This document shows positions 18,639 to 29,909 of a stretch of 64,000 bases of DNA, piece after piece; the first letter of the stretch is position 1, and every line of letters starts with the position of its first letter. A program made the translations under genes and the position numbers. Where the stretch lies: positions 3,584,001 through 3,648,000 of the forward strand of contig CAWAIF010000003.1 in NCBI GenBank assembly GCA_963782055.1. The letters run 5' to 3'. The stretch is from an uncultured delta proteobacterium (lineage in GTDB: Bacteria; Myxococcota_A; Polyangia; Polyangiales; Polyangiaceae). Below the pieces are notes generated by a model, which had not been told where the DNA came from, did no database searches, and worked only from the letters and a program-made list of their open reading frames with translations.

Positions 18639-19898
18639 TCAGAAGCCGGCGGAGATGCCGAGCGTCAGCAGGTAGGCGCGGGAGTCGGTCACCGGGTCCC
18701 CGGCCAGGGTGTAGTCCTCGTAGTTGAAGAAGAGGATGTCGGCGTTGCCGATGGCCTTCAGCTCCTTGACGAAGCTCTTCTGCGTGGAGGCGAACGCGTA
18801 GGTGACGCGCAGGCCGACGAGCCCGCTCCAGAAGGGGGACAGCTCGCGGTCGGCGGTGAAGTACTGCCCCTTCGGGCCGAGGGGCGGGTCGCCGCCGGTG
18901 TAGTCGTCGCTCCAGAAGATGGCGCCCGTCTGCTTGTAGATGCGGCCGTCCAGGCCCACGCGCAGGGCATCGCCCAGGTACTGCTCGTACTCCGCCTCCA
19001 GCGACCCGGAGACGATGTTCCAGGTGTCCCAGTAGCCGCGCAGGCCGAGGCGAATGGCGGACTTGAGCGGGCGCAGGTAGACGTTGCCGCGCAGCGCCAG
19101 CGAGTGGCGCGTGCGGTTGCCCGGGTCGTGCTCCTGCGCCTTGAGCCCCTGCCCCAGCACGATGCTGCGGTACGGGTCCGACTGGAAGCCGTTGACGATC
19201 TGCATCGTGTAGACGGCCTGGGTCTGAAAGGTCGGCGTCCACGCCTGCGACCAGCTCCCCTGCAGGCTGTCGATGGCGATGTCGCGGGTGGTGCGCGTGG
19301 CGTCGTCGGTGAAGCAGCCCTTCGACGAGGGCAAGGCCAGTCGCAGGGAGGGCAGCGCGTTGGGGTTCTGCACCAGGTCGCACACCGAGTCGAAGTTGTG
19401 GGCGAAGTCGATCTGGAGCTGGGTGTTGTGCTCGAACAGCTCGGTGCGGGCGGTCACGTTGAAGGAGTGCGAGCGGTAGTCGTTCTCCGTGGAGTAGACG
19501 TACCCGCCGCCGAAGCTGGCGCTGCCCTGCTTGATGGTGAAGGAGCCCTTGCCCACGTTGCGGAAGTCGTGGACGCTCGCGGTGGAGATGACGTCCGCCA
19601 CCGGCTGCGTGGCCTTGTACGCGGGCCCGGCCTTGATGGAGACGCTGGCGCCGGAGACGACGTCCGCCTCCCACCCGGCGGTGACGTTCAGCCAGTCGGT
19701 GGGGCTGACGCCCGCCGTGACCGAGGGCGTGTAGACGAACATCTCGGTGCGCGACGGCTTCTCGTAATAGACCGAGTGCGTCGTATCCAGGGTGAGCACC
19801 TGCGCGCGCGCCGGCCGCCCCAGCGCGAGGAGCGCCGCGGCGAGGGCGAGCGACACGGCCCACGAGGCCGCGCGCGGGGGCCGTCGGCTCAGTTGCAC
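18639..19898 (-). CDS. DUF3570-like outer-membrane beta-barrel protein
   Basis: ADVVSGAS, STENDYRS, GFQSDPYR and TADRELS motifs; C-terminal Phe; start overlaps the DUF4266 GCGCN-stop. Confidence 0.8.
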   Translation of the reverse strand: MQLSRRPPRAASWAVSLALAAALLALGRPARAQVLTLDTTHSVYYEKPSRTEMFVYTPSVTAGVSPTDWLNVTAGWEADVVSGASVSIKAGPAYKATQPVADVISTASVHDFRNVGKGSFTIKQGSASFGGGYVYSTENDYRSHSFNVTARTELFEHNTQLQIDFAHNFDSVCDLVQNPNALPSLRLALPSSKGCFTDDATRTTRDIAIDSLQGSWSQAWTPTFQTQAVYTMQIVNGFQSDPYRSIVLGQGLKAQEHDPGNRTRHSLALRGNVYLRPLKSAIRLGLRGYWDTWNIVSGSLEAEYEQYLGDALRVGLDGRIYKQTGAIFWSDDYTGGDPPLGPKGQYFTADRELSPFWSGLVGLRVTYAFASTQKSFVKELKAIGNADILFFNYEDYTLAGDPVTDSRAYLLTLGISAGF

Positions 19899-20101
19899 CC
19901 GCACCCTCCGCCCGCCACCCCCGATCCGCCGAAGGACCCCTCGCGGTTGTCGATGGCGTGGTGCACCTGCGCCGCGACGACGGGATCACCCTCGAACTGC
20001 ATGATCGGGTCGGCGAGCACCGCGCGCTGCTGCGGCTGAACGGTCACGCACCCCCAGAGAGGAAGGGTCAAGAGAACGAGCAGCAGGGTTCGCATCGCCA
20101 T
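19889..20101 (-). CDS. DUF4266-like small lipoprotein
   Basis: Lipobox LWGC; LADPIM; REGSFGG..GGGCGCN C-terminus. Confidence 0.88.
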   Translation of the reverse strand: MAMRTLLLVLLTLPLWGCVTVQPQQRAVLADPIMQFEGDPVVAAQVHHAIDNREGSFGGSGVAGGGCGCN

Positions 20102-20106
20102 GTCCC

Positions 20107-20901
20107 TCAGAAGTACACGCCCAGGCCGCCGGTGACCGTCTGCGCGTTGGCATACGACTCCGCGGTGAACAGCGTCATGTTGCTGGCCTCGATGCGCACC
20201 AGGATGCGGTTGCGCAGCGCGAACAGGAACCCGCCGCCGGCACGGGTCACGAAGAGGTCCTCGCGCTGGAGGACGAAGGAGTCCGCCTTGGGGAAGACGC
20301 TCAGGCCGCCGCCGCCCAGGCTGAGGAACGGCGAGAGCACCCAGCGAGGGAACGGAAAGATGGTGACGTTGCCGCCGTAGAAGACCTGCGCGCCGTCGGC
20401 GGTGAGGCCGTCGCCGAAGAAGCCCTCGATGCTGAAGGTCTTGTCCAGCACCATCTGCGGGCGCACCTCCACGTAGCCGTACTGGCGGGTGGAGTTGTCG
20501 CGGATGGGGATGCTCAGCATGCCGCCCATCAGCGCGAAGCCGGCGCGCGAGCCCTCGAGCGGGGGCGGCGCGAAGAGGCCCGGGCGGCTGGGGGCTCCCG
20601 GCTCACCCGGCGTCACCGCGAAGGGCTCCACCTGCTCGCCCATCGCGTAGGCGCGGCGGCCGTCGGGCAGCAGCACGCGCAGCCAGAAGCCGCTGCCCTG
20701 CCGGCCGTCCAGCGCGAAGGTCTCCCCGCGGTGCGCCGAGTAGATGACGCGGAAGGCCACCCCTGGCCCGCTGCGCAGGTCCGCCGTGTCCACGACGACG
20801 CGGGCGAACGCCTCCGGCTCGTCGTCCGCCGCCCGAGCCGCCGGGGCGACCATCACGAGGAACAGCGCTGCGAGGAGGAAGCCGAGGAGCAGCCGCCTCA
20901 T
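20107..20901 (-). CDS. SH3b-domain outer-membrane beta-barrel protein
   Basis: Signal peptide; LRSGPG..F..G..WLRV (SH3b); amphipathic strands ending GLGVYF. Confidence 0.75.
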   Translation of the reverse strand: MRRLLLGFLLAALFLVMVAPAARAADDEPEAFARVVVDTADLRSGPGVAFRVIYSAHRGETFALDGRQGSGFWLRVLLPDGRRAYAMGEQVEPFAVTPGEPGAPSRPGLFAPPPLEGSRAGFALMGGMLSIPIRDNSTRQYGYVEVRPQMVLDKTFSIEGFFGDGLTADGAQVFYGGNVTIFPFPRWVLSPFLSLGGGGLSVFPKADSFVLQREDLFVTRAGGGFLFALRNRILVRIEASNMTLFTAESYANAQTVTGGLGVYF

Positions 20902-21548
20902 GGTTTGGACGCCCAGGTCTGGATCACGTCGAGGATGGCCTGGTCGTTGGGATCGTAGATCTGACGCGGGTGCGCCTGCGTGCTGGTGGGGCGCACGTAG
21001 ATGGGCGCCGTCGCGTAATCGCGGCTCATCTCCAGCGAGACGGAGGTGTAGTCGGCGCGCGCCGCGCTGCCCTGCGAGACCTGCGTCGGGTCGACGGGAA
21101 CGTCGCCGCCGCCGCAGTCGACCGGCGGGTGATCGAGCAGCGCCATTCCGCTGACGGCCGAGGAGTTGAAGTGGCAGTTGCCGTTGTCGCCCGGGTCCCC
21201 CGAGCCGCAGCCTTTACCGAAGATGAGCACCGGCTCCACGTGGCAGTAGTAGTAGTCCTCGTTGAACTGCGTGTTGGGGATGACGAAGTTGGGGCCGGGG
21301 TCGACGGTGGTGCAGGACGACGCCACCGTCGCGGTCAGGGCGACAGCGCCTGCGGCGAGCATCCAGCGGGCCGAGCTGGCGCGCGCCACGAGCCGTCGCC
21401 AGGGCGTGGCGCCCGGGCTGGAATGTGCTCGTGAGCCGGTGGGCACGGAGCGACGATAGACCGTCCGACCGTGTGCCGGCAACACCAGGGTGTGTCCGGG
21501 CGGACGCAGCGGCGCCTGATTCATCGCCGCGATTTCGACCACTTGCAC
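20898..21548 (-). CDS. Cys-rich lipoprotein (true start probably nearer 21362-21390)
   Basis: Lipobox VASSC; YYYCHVEPVL..GCGSGDPGDNGNCH; HP..IY...IQTW. Confidence 0.65.
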   Translation of the reverse strand: MQVVEIAAMNQAPLRPPGHTLVLPAHGRTVYRRSVPTGSRAHSSPGATPWRRLVARASSARWMLAAGAVALTATVASSCTTVDPGPNFVIPNTQFNEDYYYCHVEPVLIFGKGCGSGDPGDNGNCHFNSSAVSGMALLDHPPVDCGGGDVPVDPTQVSQGSAARADYTSVSLEMSRDYATAPIYVRPTSTQAHPRQIYDPNDQAILDVIQTWASKP

Positions 21549-21811
21549 ATTTTCCGTCCCTGGCGCGGCGCATGCGTGACGTTGTCCTACCTTTCGGAGG
21601 CCCGCGCCCGCTGGCTGGACGGTTTCACTTGCATAAGTCGCAGCCAGGTCGCTAGAAAGTTTCCTGTCCGCAAGGGGTGTCGTATCTTATCTTACATGTG
21701 GGATTCCCTCGCTCCCTCCGTCAGTAGGACCTCAGAGGCAGCGATTCGAGCGAAGGACCCCACCGCCCATGTGGCGCGCATTCCCGCGCGGCCCGGGGCA
21801 CCGGAGAGACG

Positions 21812-22009
21812 ATGAAGCTCACCCCCTGGTATCTCGCTGCCATCGCCCCGATCGCCGTCGCCGGCTGCTCGGGTGCCTTCCTCGGCCAGTTCGCCGTGCT
21901 GGCGCTGACCCTCGGCATCTTCTTCGGCACCCTGTCGCTCGGCCGCCACGCGACGCCGGCCCCCGTGGCCGACGCCGGCCCCGCTGGCCAGGTCCACAAG
22001 CGCGCCTGA
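21812..22009 (+). CDS. Small hydrophobic lipoprotein-like protein
   Basis: GGAGAG Shine-Dalgarno; lipobox VAGC followed by a second hydrophobic segment. Confidence 0.6.
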   Translation: MKLTPWYLAAIAPIAVAGCSGAFLGQFAVLALTLGIFFGTLSLGRHATPAPVADAGPAGQVHKRA

Positions 22010-22108
22010 GCGCGTCGGGCCGACCTCCGGCCGCGCGTCGGTGACGATCGCAAGTCGGAGACGGTTGCGCTCGGCCCGGACCTGCGCTACTCGCCGGAGC
22101 GCGATTTC

Positions 22109-22180
22109 GGGCGCATAACTCAGCGGTAGAGTGCCACCTTCACACGGTGGAAGTCGCAGGTTCAAATCCTGCTGCGCCCA
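22109..22180 (+). tRNA. tRNA-Val(CAC)
   Basis: GGGCGCA/TGCGCCC acceptor stem, anticodon arm CCACC-TTCACAC-GGTGG, GGTTCAAATCC T-arm; CCA not encoded. Confidence 0.95.
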
Positions 22181-22199
22181 CGAAGAACCCCCGGCAGCC

Positions 22200-23009
22200 T
22201 CACGGCGCCCCCCGCGGCCTCCAGAGCCGCGCCAGCTCGATCCCGACGATCATCTTGAAGACGAGCGGGTCGCTCGCATCGGTGAAGCCGTGGCCGACCC
22301 CGACGTTGAGATCCAGTCCCTTCGTCAGGACGAAATCACCTGCAAAGTACAAGTAATGCTCCTGCTCGGCGAGGGGCAGCGGGTTCGCGATGGGGCCGAC
22401 GCCGCCGTAGTACTCCAGGCCGACGGCGGCGCGGGGCGAGAGCACCAGATCGAGCAGCGCGGCGGGCTCGAAGCCCGGGCCCTCGCTGCGGGTGAGGGGG
22501 ACGCCCACGATGGGGTTGATGGAGGCGCGGAGCATCCCGTACTCCACCGACGCGATCGGACGCACCTCGATCGCCCACTGCTCGGCGTCGAAGAGCGTGG
22601 GGACGTCCCCGAGCTCCAGGTTGAGGCCGAAGTGGAAGTACCGGAAGGTGTCCGGCGGCACGACGAACTTGCTGCGCAGCTTGAAGCCCGCCCACTCGAT
22701 GCCGCGCTCGGGGACGTACGCCGTCTGGATGTAGACGCCCGGCTCCCAGAAGGACGTCAGCCCCAGCGCGCCCTCGAAGGTCCAGTGGAGCTGGCGGTCG
22801 GTGGGGGCCTCCGGGCCGGCGGCGTCGCGCTGCCCGCGCGCCACCAGGTTGACGTGGTTCTCCAGCGTCAGCAGGCCCGGGGCGTTGGCGGTGCCGTCGT
22901 AGACCTGGATCTCGAAGGGGTCGGTGGCGCGCGCCGCGGGAGCGGCGAGCAGCGCGCAGGCGAGGCTGGTCGCCGCGACGAAGCGCGCGGGCGCTCGGAC
23001 CGGTAGCAC
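22200..23009 (-). CDS. Putative outer-membrane beta-barrel/transporter-like protein
   Basis: Signal peptide ARA|TDPFEIQVYD; alternating beta-strand pattern; VGLEYY and LNVGVG. Confidence 0.7.
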   Translation of the reverse strand: MLPVRAPARFVAATSLACALLAAPAARATDPFEIQVYDGTANAPGLLTLENHVNLVARGQRDAAGPEAPTDRQLHWTFEGALGLTSFWEPGVYIQTAYVPERGIEWAGFKLRSKFVVPPDTFRYFHFGLNLELGDVPTLFDAEQWAIEVRPIASVEYGMLRASINPIVGVPLTRSEGPGFEPAALLDLVLSPRAAVGLEYYGGVGPIANPLPLAEQEHYLYFAGDFVLTKGLDLNVGVGHGFTDASDPLVFKMIVGIELARLWRPRGAP

Positions 23010-23126
23010 GCCTAACGATCTCCCACGCCGTCACTGTACGCGTCTCGACGGGCGTCGGGGAGCCGGCGGGGCGGCACGTCGCACCCGGCCTCGCCAACGG
23101 GCTGCCGGGCGTGGTAGTGCGGTCGC

Positions 23127-23552
23127 GTGCGATCGCCGCCTCGCGTCCGCGCCGCGACCCTTCACGTGGCCCTGCCCCTCGCGGTCGGCGCGCTCACGTA
23201 CGCCCTCTGGCCGCGGGGCGTCGCCGCCGAGCTGCTCGCGCGGCGTCTGGGCGCGCCCGCGTACGCCGGCCTCCCCCGCCCCCCCGCGTGGCTGCTCGGT
23301 CACGCCGCCGACGCCCTCTGGGCCTACGCCATGGCGGCGCTGGTCACCATCGTCTGGCGGGGTGGCCCCGCGCGCCCGCGCGCGGCCTGGACGCTCACCG
23401 CCTTCAGCGTCGTCGTCGCGGCCGAGGTCGGCCAGCGGCTCGGCTGGCTCCCCGGCACCTTCAATCCCACGGACCTCCTCGTCACGAGCCTCGCGTTCGG
23501 GGTGGCGGTCCTCTTGCTGCGAACCCCCATCCCCGAGAGACGCCCTGCATGA
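23127..23552 (+). CDS. DUF2809-like membrane protein
   Basis: ADALWAYA, AEVGQ and GTFNPTDLL; start uncertain. Confidence 0.65.
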   Translation: MRSPPRVRAATLHVALPLAVGALTYALWPRGVAAELLARRLGAPAYAGLPRPPAWLLGHAADALWAYAMAALVTIVWRGGPARPRAAWTLTAFSVVVAAEVGQRLGWLPGTFNPTDLLVTSLAFGVAVLLLRTPIPERRPA

Positions 23553-24367
23553 GCACGACCAAGCAATCCGACGCCCCGAAGCACCTGGCCACCTTCCTCG
23601 GGATCGTCCTTCTGGGCGCGCTCGCGATGGGCAGCCACCGCAAGTCGAAGGTGACGGTGACGCACCCGGAGGCCGGCGCGGCGGTGGCGACGGTCGACGC
23701 GGCGGCCACCGAGAAGGCGGACGTGCCCGACCCGGCTTCGGACTACACCTCGCTCGACGACGCCAAGCTGGACGGCGCCAAGGCGTACGGCAAGACCGCC
23801 CTCATCCGCGTGTGGCGCGGCAACACCGAGCCGAAGAAGGTCACCCTCTACCAGTGCGGCGCCAAGGGCATGAGCTGGCTCAACGCCACCTACACCGAGG
23901 AGCAGAAGGCGCTCGTCAAGGCGCTGCCCACCACCATCTCGCTGCACGGCCGCTGCCCGCGCGTGCTGGTGAAGATCACCGGCAAGGAGCGCTACGGCGG
24001 CATGCTCAAGGCGGAGCTGCAGCAGATCCTGGACGTGGAGGCGGCGGAGGAGAAGCCGCTGCCCGCGGGCGTCGACTTCGTCTCGATGGACGACGTCAAC
24101 ATGACGGGCAAGAGCGCGGCCGGGAAGGTGGCGCGCATCCGCGTCTACCGCGGCAACGAGGACACCAAGAAGTTCGTGGCGTACGAGTGCGGTCGCGTCG
24201 GCGGCATCCAGTTCGTCAACGTGCACTACACGCCGGACCAGAAGGAGGCCATCAAGACGCTGCCGACGATGCCCTCCGGCTGCCTGCCCATCAAGATCAA
24301 GCTGAAGAGCCAGGACTTCACGCACACCTGGACCGCCGACCTCGTCGAGGTCGACAAGGACGAGTGA
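23549..24367 (+). CDS. Exported hypothetical protein with two tandem homologous domains
   Basis: N-terminal transmembrane segment; internal duplication visible in the translation. Confidence 0.75.
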   Translation: MSTTKQSDAPKHLATFLGIVLLGALAMGSHRKSKVTVTHPEAGAAVATVDAAATEKADVPDPASDYTSLDDAKLDGAKAYGKTALIRVWRGNTEPKKVTLYQCGAKGMSWLNATYTEEQKALVKALPTTISLHGRCPRVLVKITGKERYGGMLKAELQQILDVEAAEEKPLPAGVDFVSMDDVNMTGKSAAGKVARIRVYRGNEDTKKFVAYECGRVGGIQFVNVHYTPDQKEAIKTLPTMPSGCLPIKIKLKSQDFTHTWTADLVEVDKDE

Positions 24368-24389
24368 CCGATTGCGCTAGGCTCTTGCC

Positions 24390-24848
24390 GTGGCGCGCAA
24401 GCTCTCCCTGCCCACCCTGGAGGACCGCCTCCGCGGCAACCCGACGCTTCAGCAGGCGCGCCGGCGCCTCGGCGGGCGCGGCAGCACCTCCGCGCGCGCC
24501 GGGGGCGTCGTCGTCACCGGCGGGGCGCGGGGGGTGGTGCTCTACGCCGATGACACGGAGTGCGACGTGCTGCTGGAGTCCGGGCTGGTCAAGCGCACCG
24601 CCCTCGACCGCGTGACGACGACGTCGGGGGCGCCCGCAGCGCTGGAGGAGGCCGCGGTGGCCGTCCGTGTCTTCGCCCGCCTCGCCGAGGGAGAGCGCGT
24701 GCGCTTCGAGCAGCTCGAGGCGGCCGCCGCGGAGGGCCGCCTCATCGAGAAGTGCCGCTACGGCGCGCTGATCGCCCGCGACGACGGGAGCATCGTGGCG
24801 GTGGGCTTCCGGCGCATCTGGCCGCTCTCCCCCGCCGCCACGTCGTAG
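24390..24848 (+). CDS. Hypothetical protein (possibly SH3/KOW-like folds)
   Basis: 152-aa ORF with TAGGCT-N6-GTG immediately upstream. Confidence 0.65.
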   Translation: MARKLSLPTLEDRLRGNPTLQQARRRLGGRGSTSARAGGVVVTGGARGVVLYADDTECDVLLESGLVKRTALDRVTTTSGAPAALEEAAVAVRVFARLAEGERVRFEQLEAAAAEGRLIEKCRYGALIARDDGSIVAVGFRRIWPLSPAATS

Positions 24849-24891
24849 CGCGTTTGCGCCGCGCGCGCGGGGCGTGCAGACTGGCCCCCGC

Positions 24892-26826
<1,935 letters not shown>

Positions 26827-26873
26827 CCAGGCGAGAGGGAGCCTTCGCGCCCGGATGGCGTACGATACTCCCG

Positions 26874-27242
26874 ATGCAAGGACCTCCGCAGAACCCCTGG
26901 GGCCAGCCTCCGCAAGGCGCTCCCCCTCCCGGTTACGGCTACGGTGCGCCCGGAGGCTACGGGCAGCCCGGCATGCCGCCGCAGGGCATGCAACGGGCGT
27001 GGCCGGGCTACGGCTGCCCCCGCTGCGGCAGCCCGCACGTTCGCCAGCCGGGCTTCACCTGGTGGGGCGGCCTGATCGGCCCGAAGATCCTCTCTCACAC
27101 GATCTGCGCGAGCTGCGGCCTGGGCTTCAACGGCAAGACCGGCAAGTCGAACAACACCGCCATCGCGATCTACATGGGCGTCGCCGTTGCCCTGGTCTTG
27201 ATGGTCTTCGGCTTCGTGGCCTTCGCCGGCGCGATGAACTGA
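26874..27242 (+). CDS. Small Pro/Gly/Gln-rich zinc-ribbon membrane protein
   Basis: CPRC...CASC and a C-terminal transmembrane helix. Confidence 0.7.
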   Translation: MQGPPQNPWGQPPQGAPPPGYGYGAPGGYGQPGMPPQGMQRAWPGYGCPRCGSPHVRQPGFTWWGGLIGPKILSHTICASCGLGFNGKTGKSNNTAIAIYMGVAVALVLMVFGFVAFAGAMN

Positions 27243-27246
27243 CGAG

Positions 27247-27891
27247 CTACGGGCTGGGGGCTTCAGGCTCTTCGACGACGAGCGCGAGCAGCCTCCCCCA
27301 CAGCGCCTCTCTTCCCTCCCCGCTCTCCGCGCTGAACCCGGTGACCTTGCAGCCCGCGTCCTTCTGGATCTGGAGCACGGCCGCCTTGCGCCGCGACGAC
27401 GGCAGCTTGTCCAGCTTCGTCGCCACCACGATGCACGGCTTGTGCACCACCTGCTCCATGAACTCGAAGAGCTGCCGCTCCTCGTCCTCCACCCCGCGGC
27501 GCACGTCCACGATGACCACCAGCGCCCGCAGCGCCTCGCGTCGCTCCAGGTACTGCTCCACCATCGGCCCCCAGGACTTGCGCTCCTCGCGGCTGCGGGC
27601 GGCGAAGCCGTAGCCCGGCAGGTCGGTCACCATCAGGTCGACGTCGCGGCCCTCGCTGTGCACGCGCGCCTGAAAGAGGTTGACGGCGCGCGTCGCGCCC
27701 GGCGTGCTGCTGGTACGCACCAGCTTCTTGCGGGAAAAGAGGGTGTTGAGCAGGCTGGACTTGCCCACGTTGGAGCGCCCGCCGAAGGCGATCTCCGGGG
27801 CCTCGCCCTCCGGGAGCGACGCCAGGCCGGTGGCCGAGGCGACGAAGGACGCGCTGTCCACGCGGAACTGGGTGGCTCTTGCGTCCTTCAC
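27247..27891 (-). CDS. engB: Ribosome biogenesis GTPase YihA/YsxC
   Basis: GRSNVGKSS, PGAT, DLPGYG, TKLD and FSA. Confidence 0.95.
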   Translation of the reverse strand: MKDARATQFRVDSASFVASATGLASLPEGEAPEIAFGGRSNVGKSSLLNTLFSRKKLVRTSSTPGATRAVNLFQARVHSEGRDVDLMVTDLPGYGFAARSREERKSWGPMVEQYLERREALRALVVIVDVRRGVEDEERQLFEFMEQVVHKPCIVVATKLDKLPSSRRKAAVLQIQKDAGCKVTGFSAESGEGREALWGRLLALVVEEPEAPSP

Positions 27892-29531
27892 GGGGCGGCA
27901 CCTTGCTTCGTCGCGCGGCCGCGCGCAAGCCGCCTTCGCACGCCGCCGGCGACCTCCCGTAGCTCCGGGGAGCGCAGCACCCACGCGGCGGCGAAGAAGA
28001 CGACCGCGAAGACGCCGCCGGCGGCCAGCCCGGGGAGGGCTCGCGCGGCCGCGCCCTGCCCCGCCGGGAGCATCCGCGCGACGGCCCAGCCGCACCCGCC
28101 CGCAGCCGCGGAGGCCGCCAGCGTTCGCGCCGAGGAGCCGAGCACCTCCCGGGCGCACAGCGTGCCCAGTCGCCGCCGCAGCGCGACGAAGAGCAGCGCC
28201 ATCTGCACGGTGCTGGAGCCGGCGACCGCCGCGGCGATCCCGGCGTGCCCCATGGGCTTGCGCAGGAGCAGGGCGAGCCCGATGAAGGCGCACAGGTCGA
28301 TGGCGCTCACGATCACCGGGGTGCGCGTGTCCCCCAGCGCGTAGAAGACGGGCACGAGCTGCCGCACGGCCGAGACGGTCCAGATGGCGCCGCCGAGCCA
28401 CACGAGCGCGCGCGCGGTCTGGTGCGCCGCCGCCGCGTCGAAGGCGCCGCGCTGGAAGAGGGTGACGACCACCGGCTCGCCGAGCACCACCAGCGCCACG
28501 CTGCAGGGCAGCGCCACGAACATGGAGAGGCGCATGGCGTGGGCGTAGGTGCGGGCCACCTCGTCGAGCGCGCCTTTCGCCGCGAGCGCCGACAGCGAGG
28601 GCAGCGCGGCGGTGGACAGGGCCATCACGAAGATGCCCTGCGGGAAGTCGCACAGGCGCATCGCCCAGGTGAAGTAGCTCTGCGCCCCGGTGCCCAGCTC
28701 GGAGAGGAAGCGGCGGGAGAGCACCAGGTCGACGTAATACACGCCGATCCCGAAGGTCATCGGCCCCAGTCGCCGGAGCACCTCCCGCACCCCCGGGTCG
28801 GAGAAGTCGACGATGGGCCGCGAGAAGAAGCCGATGCGCCGCAGCGCTGGCCACTGCGCCAGCACCTGGAGCGCGCCGCCGACGAGCGCGCCGATGCCCA
28901 TCGCCCAGGCGGGATCCATCCCGGCGCGGGCGAGCGCCGCCGGGAGCGCGAATGCGGCGACCAGGAAGGCGACGTTGAGCAGCCCGGGCGCGAAGGCGGC
29001 GACCGCGAAGCGCCGCTTGGCGTTGAGCGCCGCCATGCCCAGCGCGGCGGTGCCCATGAAGAAGATGTACGGGAAGCACAGCCGCGTGAGCGACACCGTG
29101 CGCTCGAACTCGGCGGGGCGCGCGTGATACCCGGCCGCGAACAGGTCGGTGAGCGGCCGCGCGAAGACCATCCCGAGGACGGTGACCACCGTCAGCGCCA
29201 CCAGCGACGCGCCGCGCACGCGCGCGAAGAAGGCCTGCGCCTTCTCGTCGCCGTCGGTCGCCAGCTTGCCCGAGAGCACGGGCACCACCGCGCTGGCGAC
29301 CGCGCCCTCGCCCAGGAGCTGCCGCAGGGCGTTGGGGATGGTGAAGGCGACGAAGAAGGCGTCGGTCTCGGCCCGCCCGAAGACCGCGGCGAGCGCCATG
29401 TCGCGCCCCAGCCCGAGCAGCCGCGAGACCAGGGTCCCGGCGCCCACCACTCCGGCCCGCGCGGCGAGCTTCCTGCGCTCGCCGGCGCCCTCGCCGGCCA
29501 CGTCGCTGGGGGGCGTCGGTTGACCCGTCAA
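27888..29531 (-). CDS. murJ: Lipid II flippase
   Basis: SRLLGLGRD, AFTIPNALRQLLGEGA and FQRGAF; many transmembrane helices. Confidence 0.95.
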   Translation of the reverse strand: MTGQPTPPSDVAGEGAGERRKLAARAGVVGAGTLVSRLLGLGRDMALAAVFGRAETDAFFVAFTIPNALRQLLGEGAVASAVVPVLSGKLATDGDEKAQAFFARVRGASLVALTVVTVLGMVFARPLTDLFAAGYHARPAEFERTVSLTRLCFPYIFFMGTAALGMAALNAKRRFAVAAFAPGLLNVAFLVAAFALPAALARAGMDPAWAMGIGALVGGALQVLAQWPALRRIGFFSRPIVDFSDPGVREVLRRLGPMTFGIGVYYVDLVLSRRFLSELGTGAQSYFTWAMRLCDFPQGIFVMALSTAALPSLSALAAKGALDEVARTYAHAMRLSMFVALPCSVALVVLGEPVVVTLFQRGAFDAAAAHQTARALVWLGGAIWTVSAVRQLVPVFYALGDTRTPVIVSAIDLCAFIGLALLLRKPMGHAGIAAAVAGSSTVQMALLFVALRRRLGTLCAREVLGSSARTLAASAAAGGCGWAVARMLPAGQGAAARALPGLAAGGVFAVVFFAAAWVLRSPELREVAGGVRRRLARGRATKQGAAP

Positions 29532-29534
29532 GCG

Positions 29535-29909
29535 TCACATCCTGGGGATCGGCTCGTGCTCGCCCGCCCCGAGCTCCGCCCGGCACGCCTCGCACTGACA
29601 GAGCGCGCGCAGGTACCTGAAGGAGTACAGGCCGCTGCCGTGCCCGTCGAACCACTGCAGGCGCAGCGCGTAGTTGCCGACCACCTCGATGTCGTCCAGC
29701 TCCAGGGCGATCCCCTCCGCGGGCACGAAGGAGATGGTGCCGGTGTGGCCCTGGCACCCCGCGCACGGGCAGTAGCCGCGCAGGATGACGTGTGGGTAGA
29801 CGCTCTTGTGGCCGTCGCCCCAGTCGATCTCGGTGACGGTCGCACCGCGGGGGGAGCGCACGGCCACGCAGCGGGTGCGGGCTCGGTCGTCGGTGCTGGG
29901 ATCGGTCAC
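29535..29909 (-). CDS. DUF971 (GBBH-like N-terminal) protein
   Basis: LRGYCPCAGC, VGNYAL and DGHGSGLYSF. Confidence 0.9.
   Translation of the reverse strand: MTDPSTDDRARTRCVAVRSPRGATVTEIDWGDGHKSVYPHVILRGYCPCAGCQGHTGTISFVPAEGIALELDDIEVVGNYALRLQWFDGHGSGLYSFRYLRALCQCEACRAELGAGEHEPIPRM

Noticed and set aside
22109..24367. Island downstream of tRNA-Val
   Set aside because: Only a few hypothetical genes; no integrase or att repeat seen.
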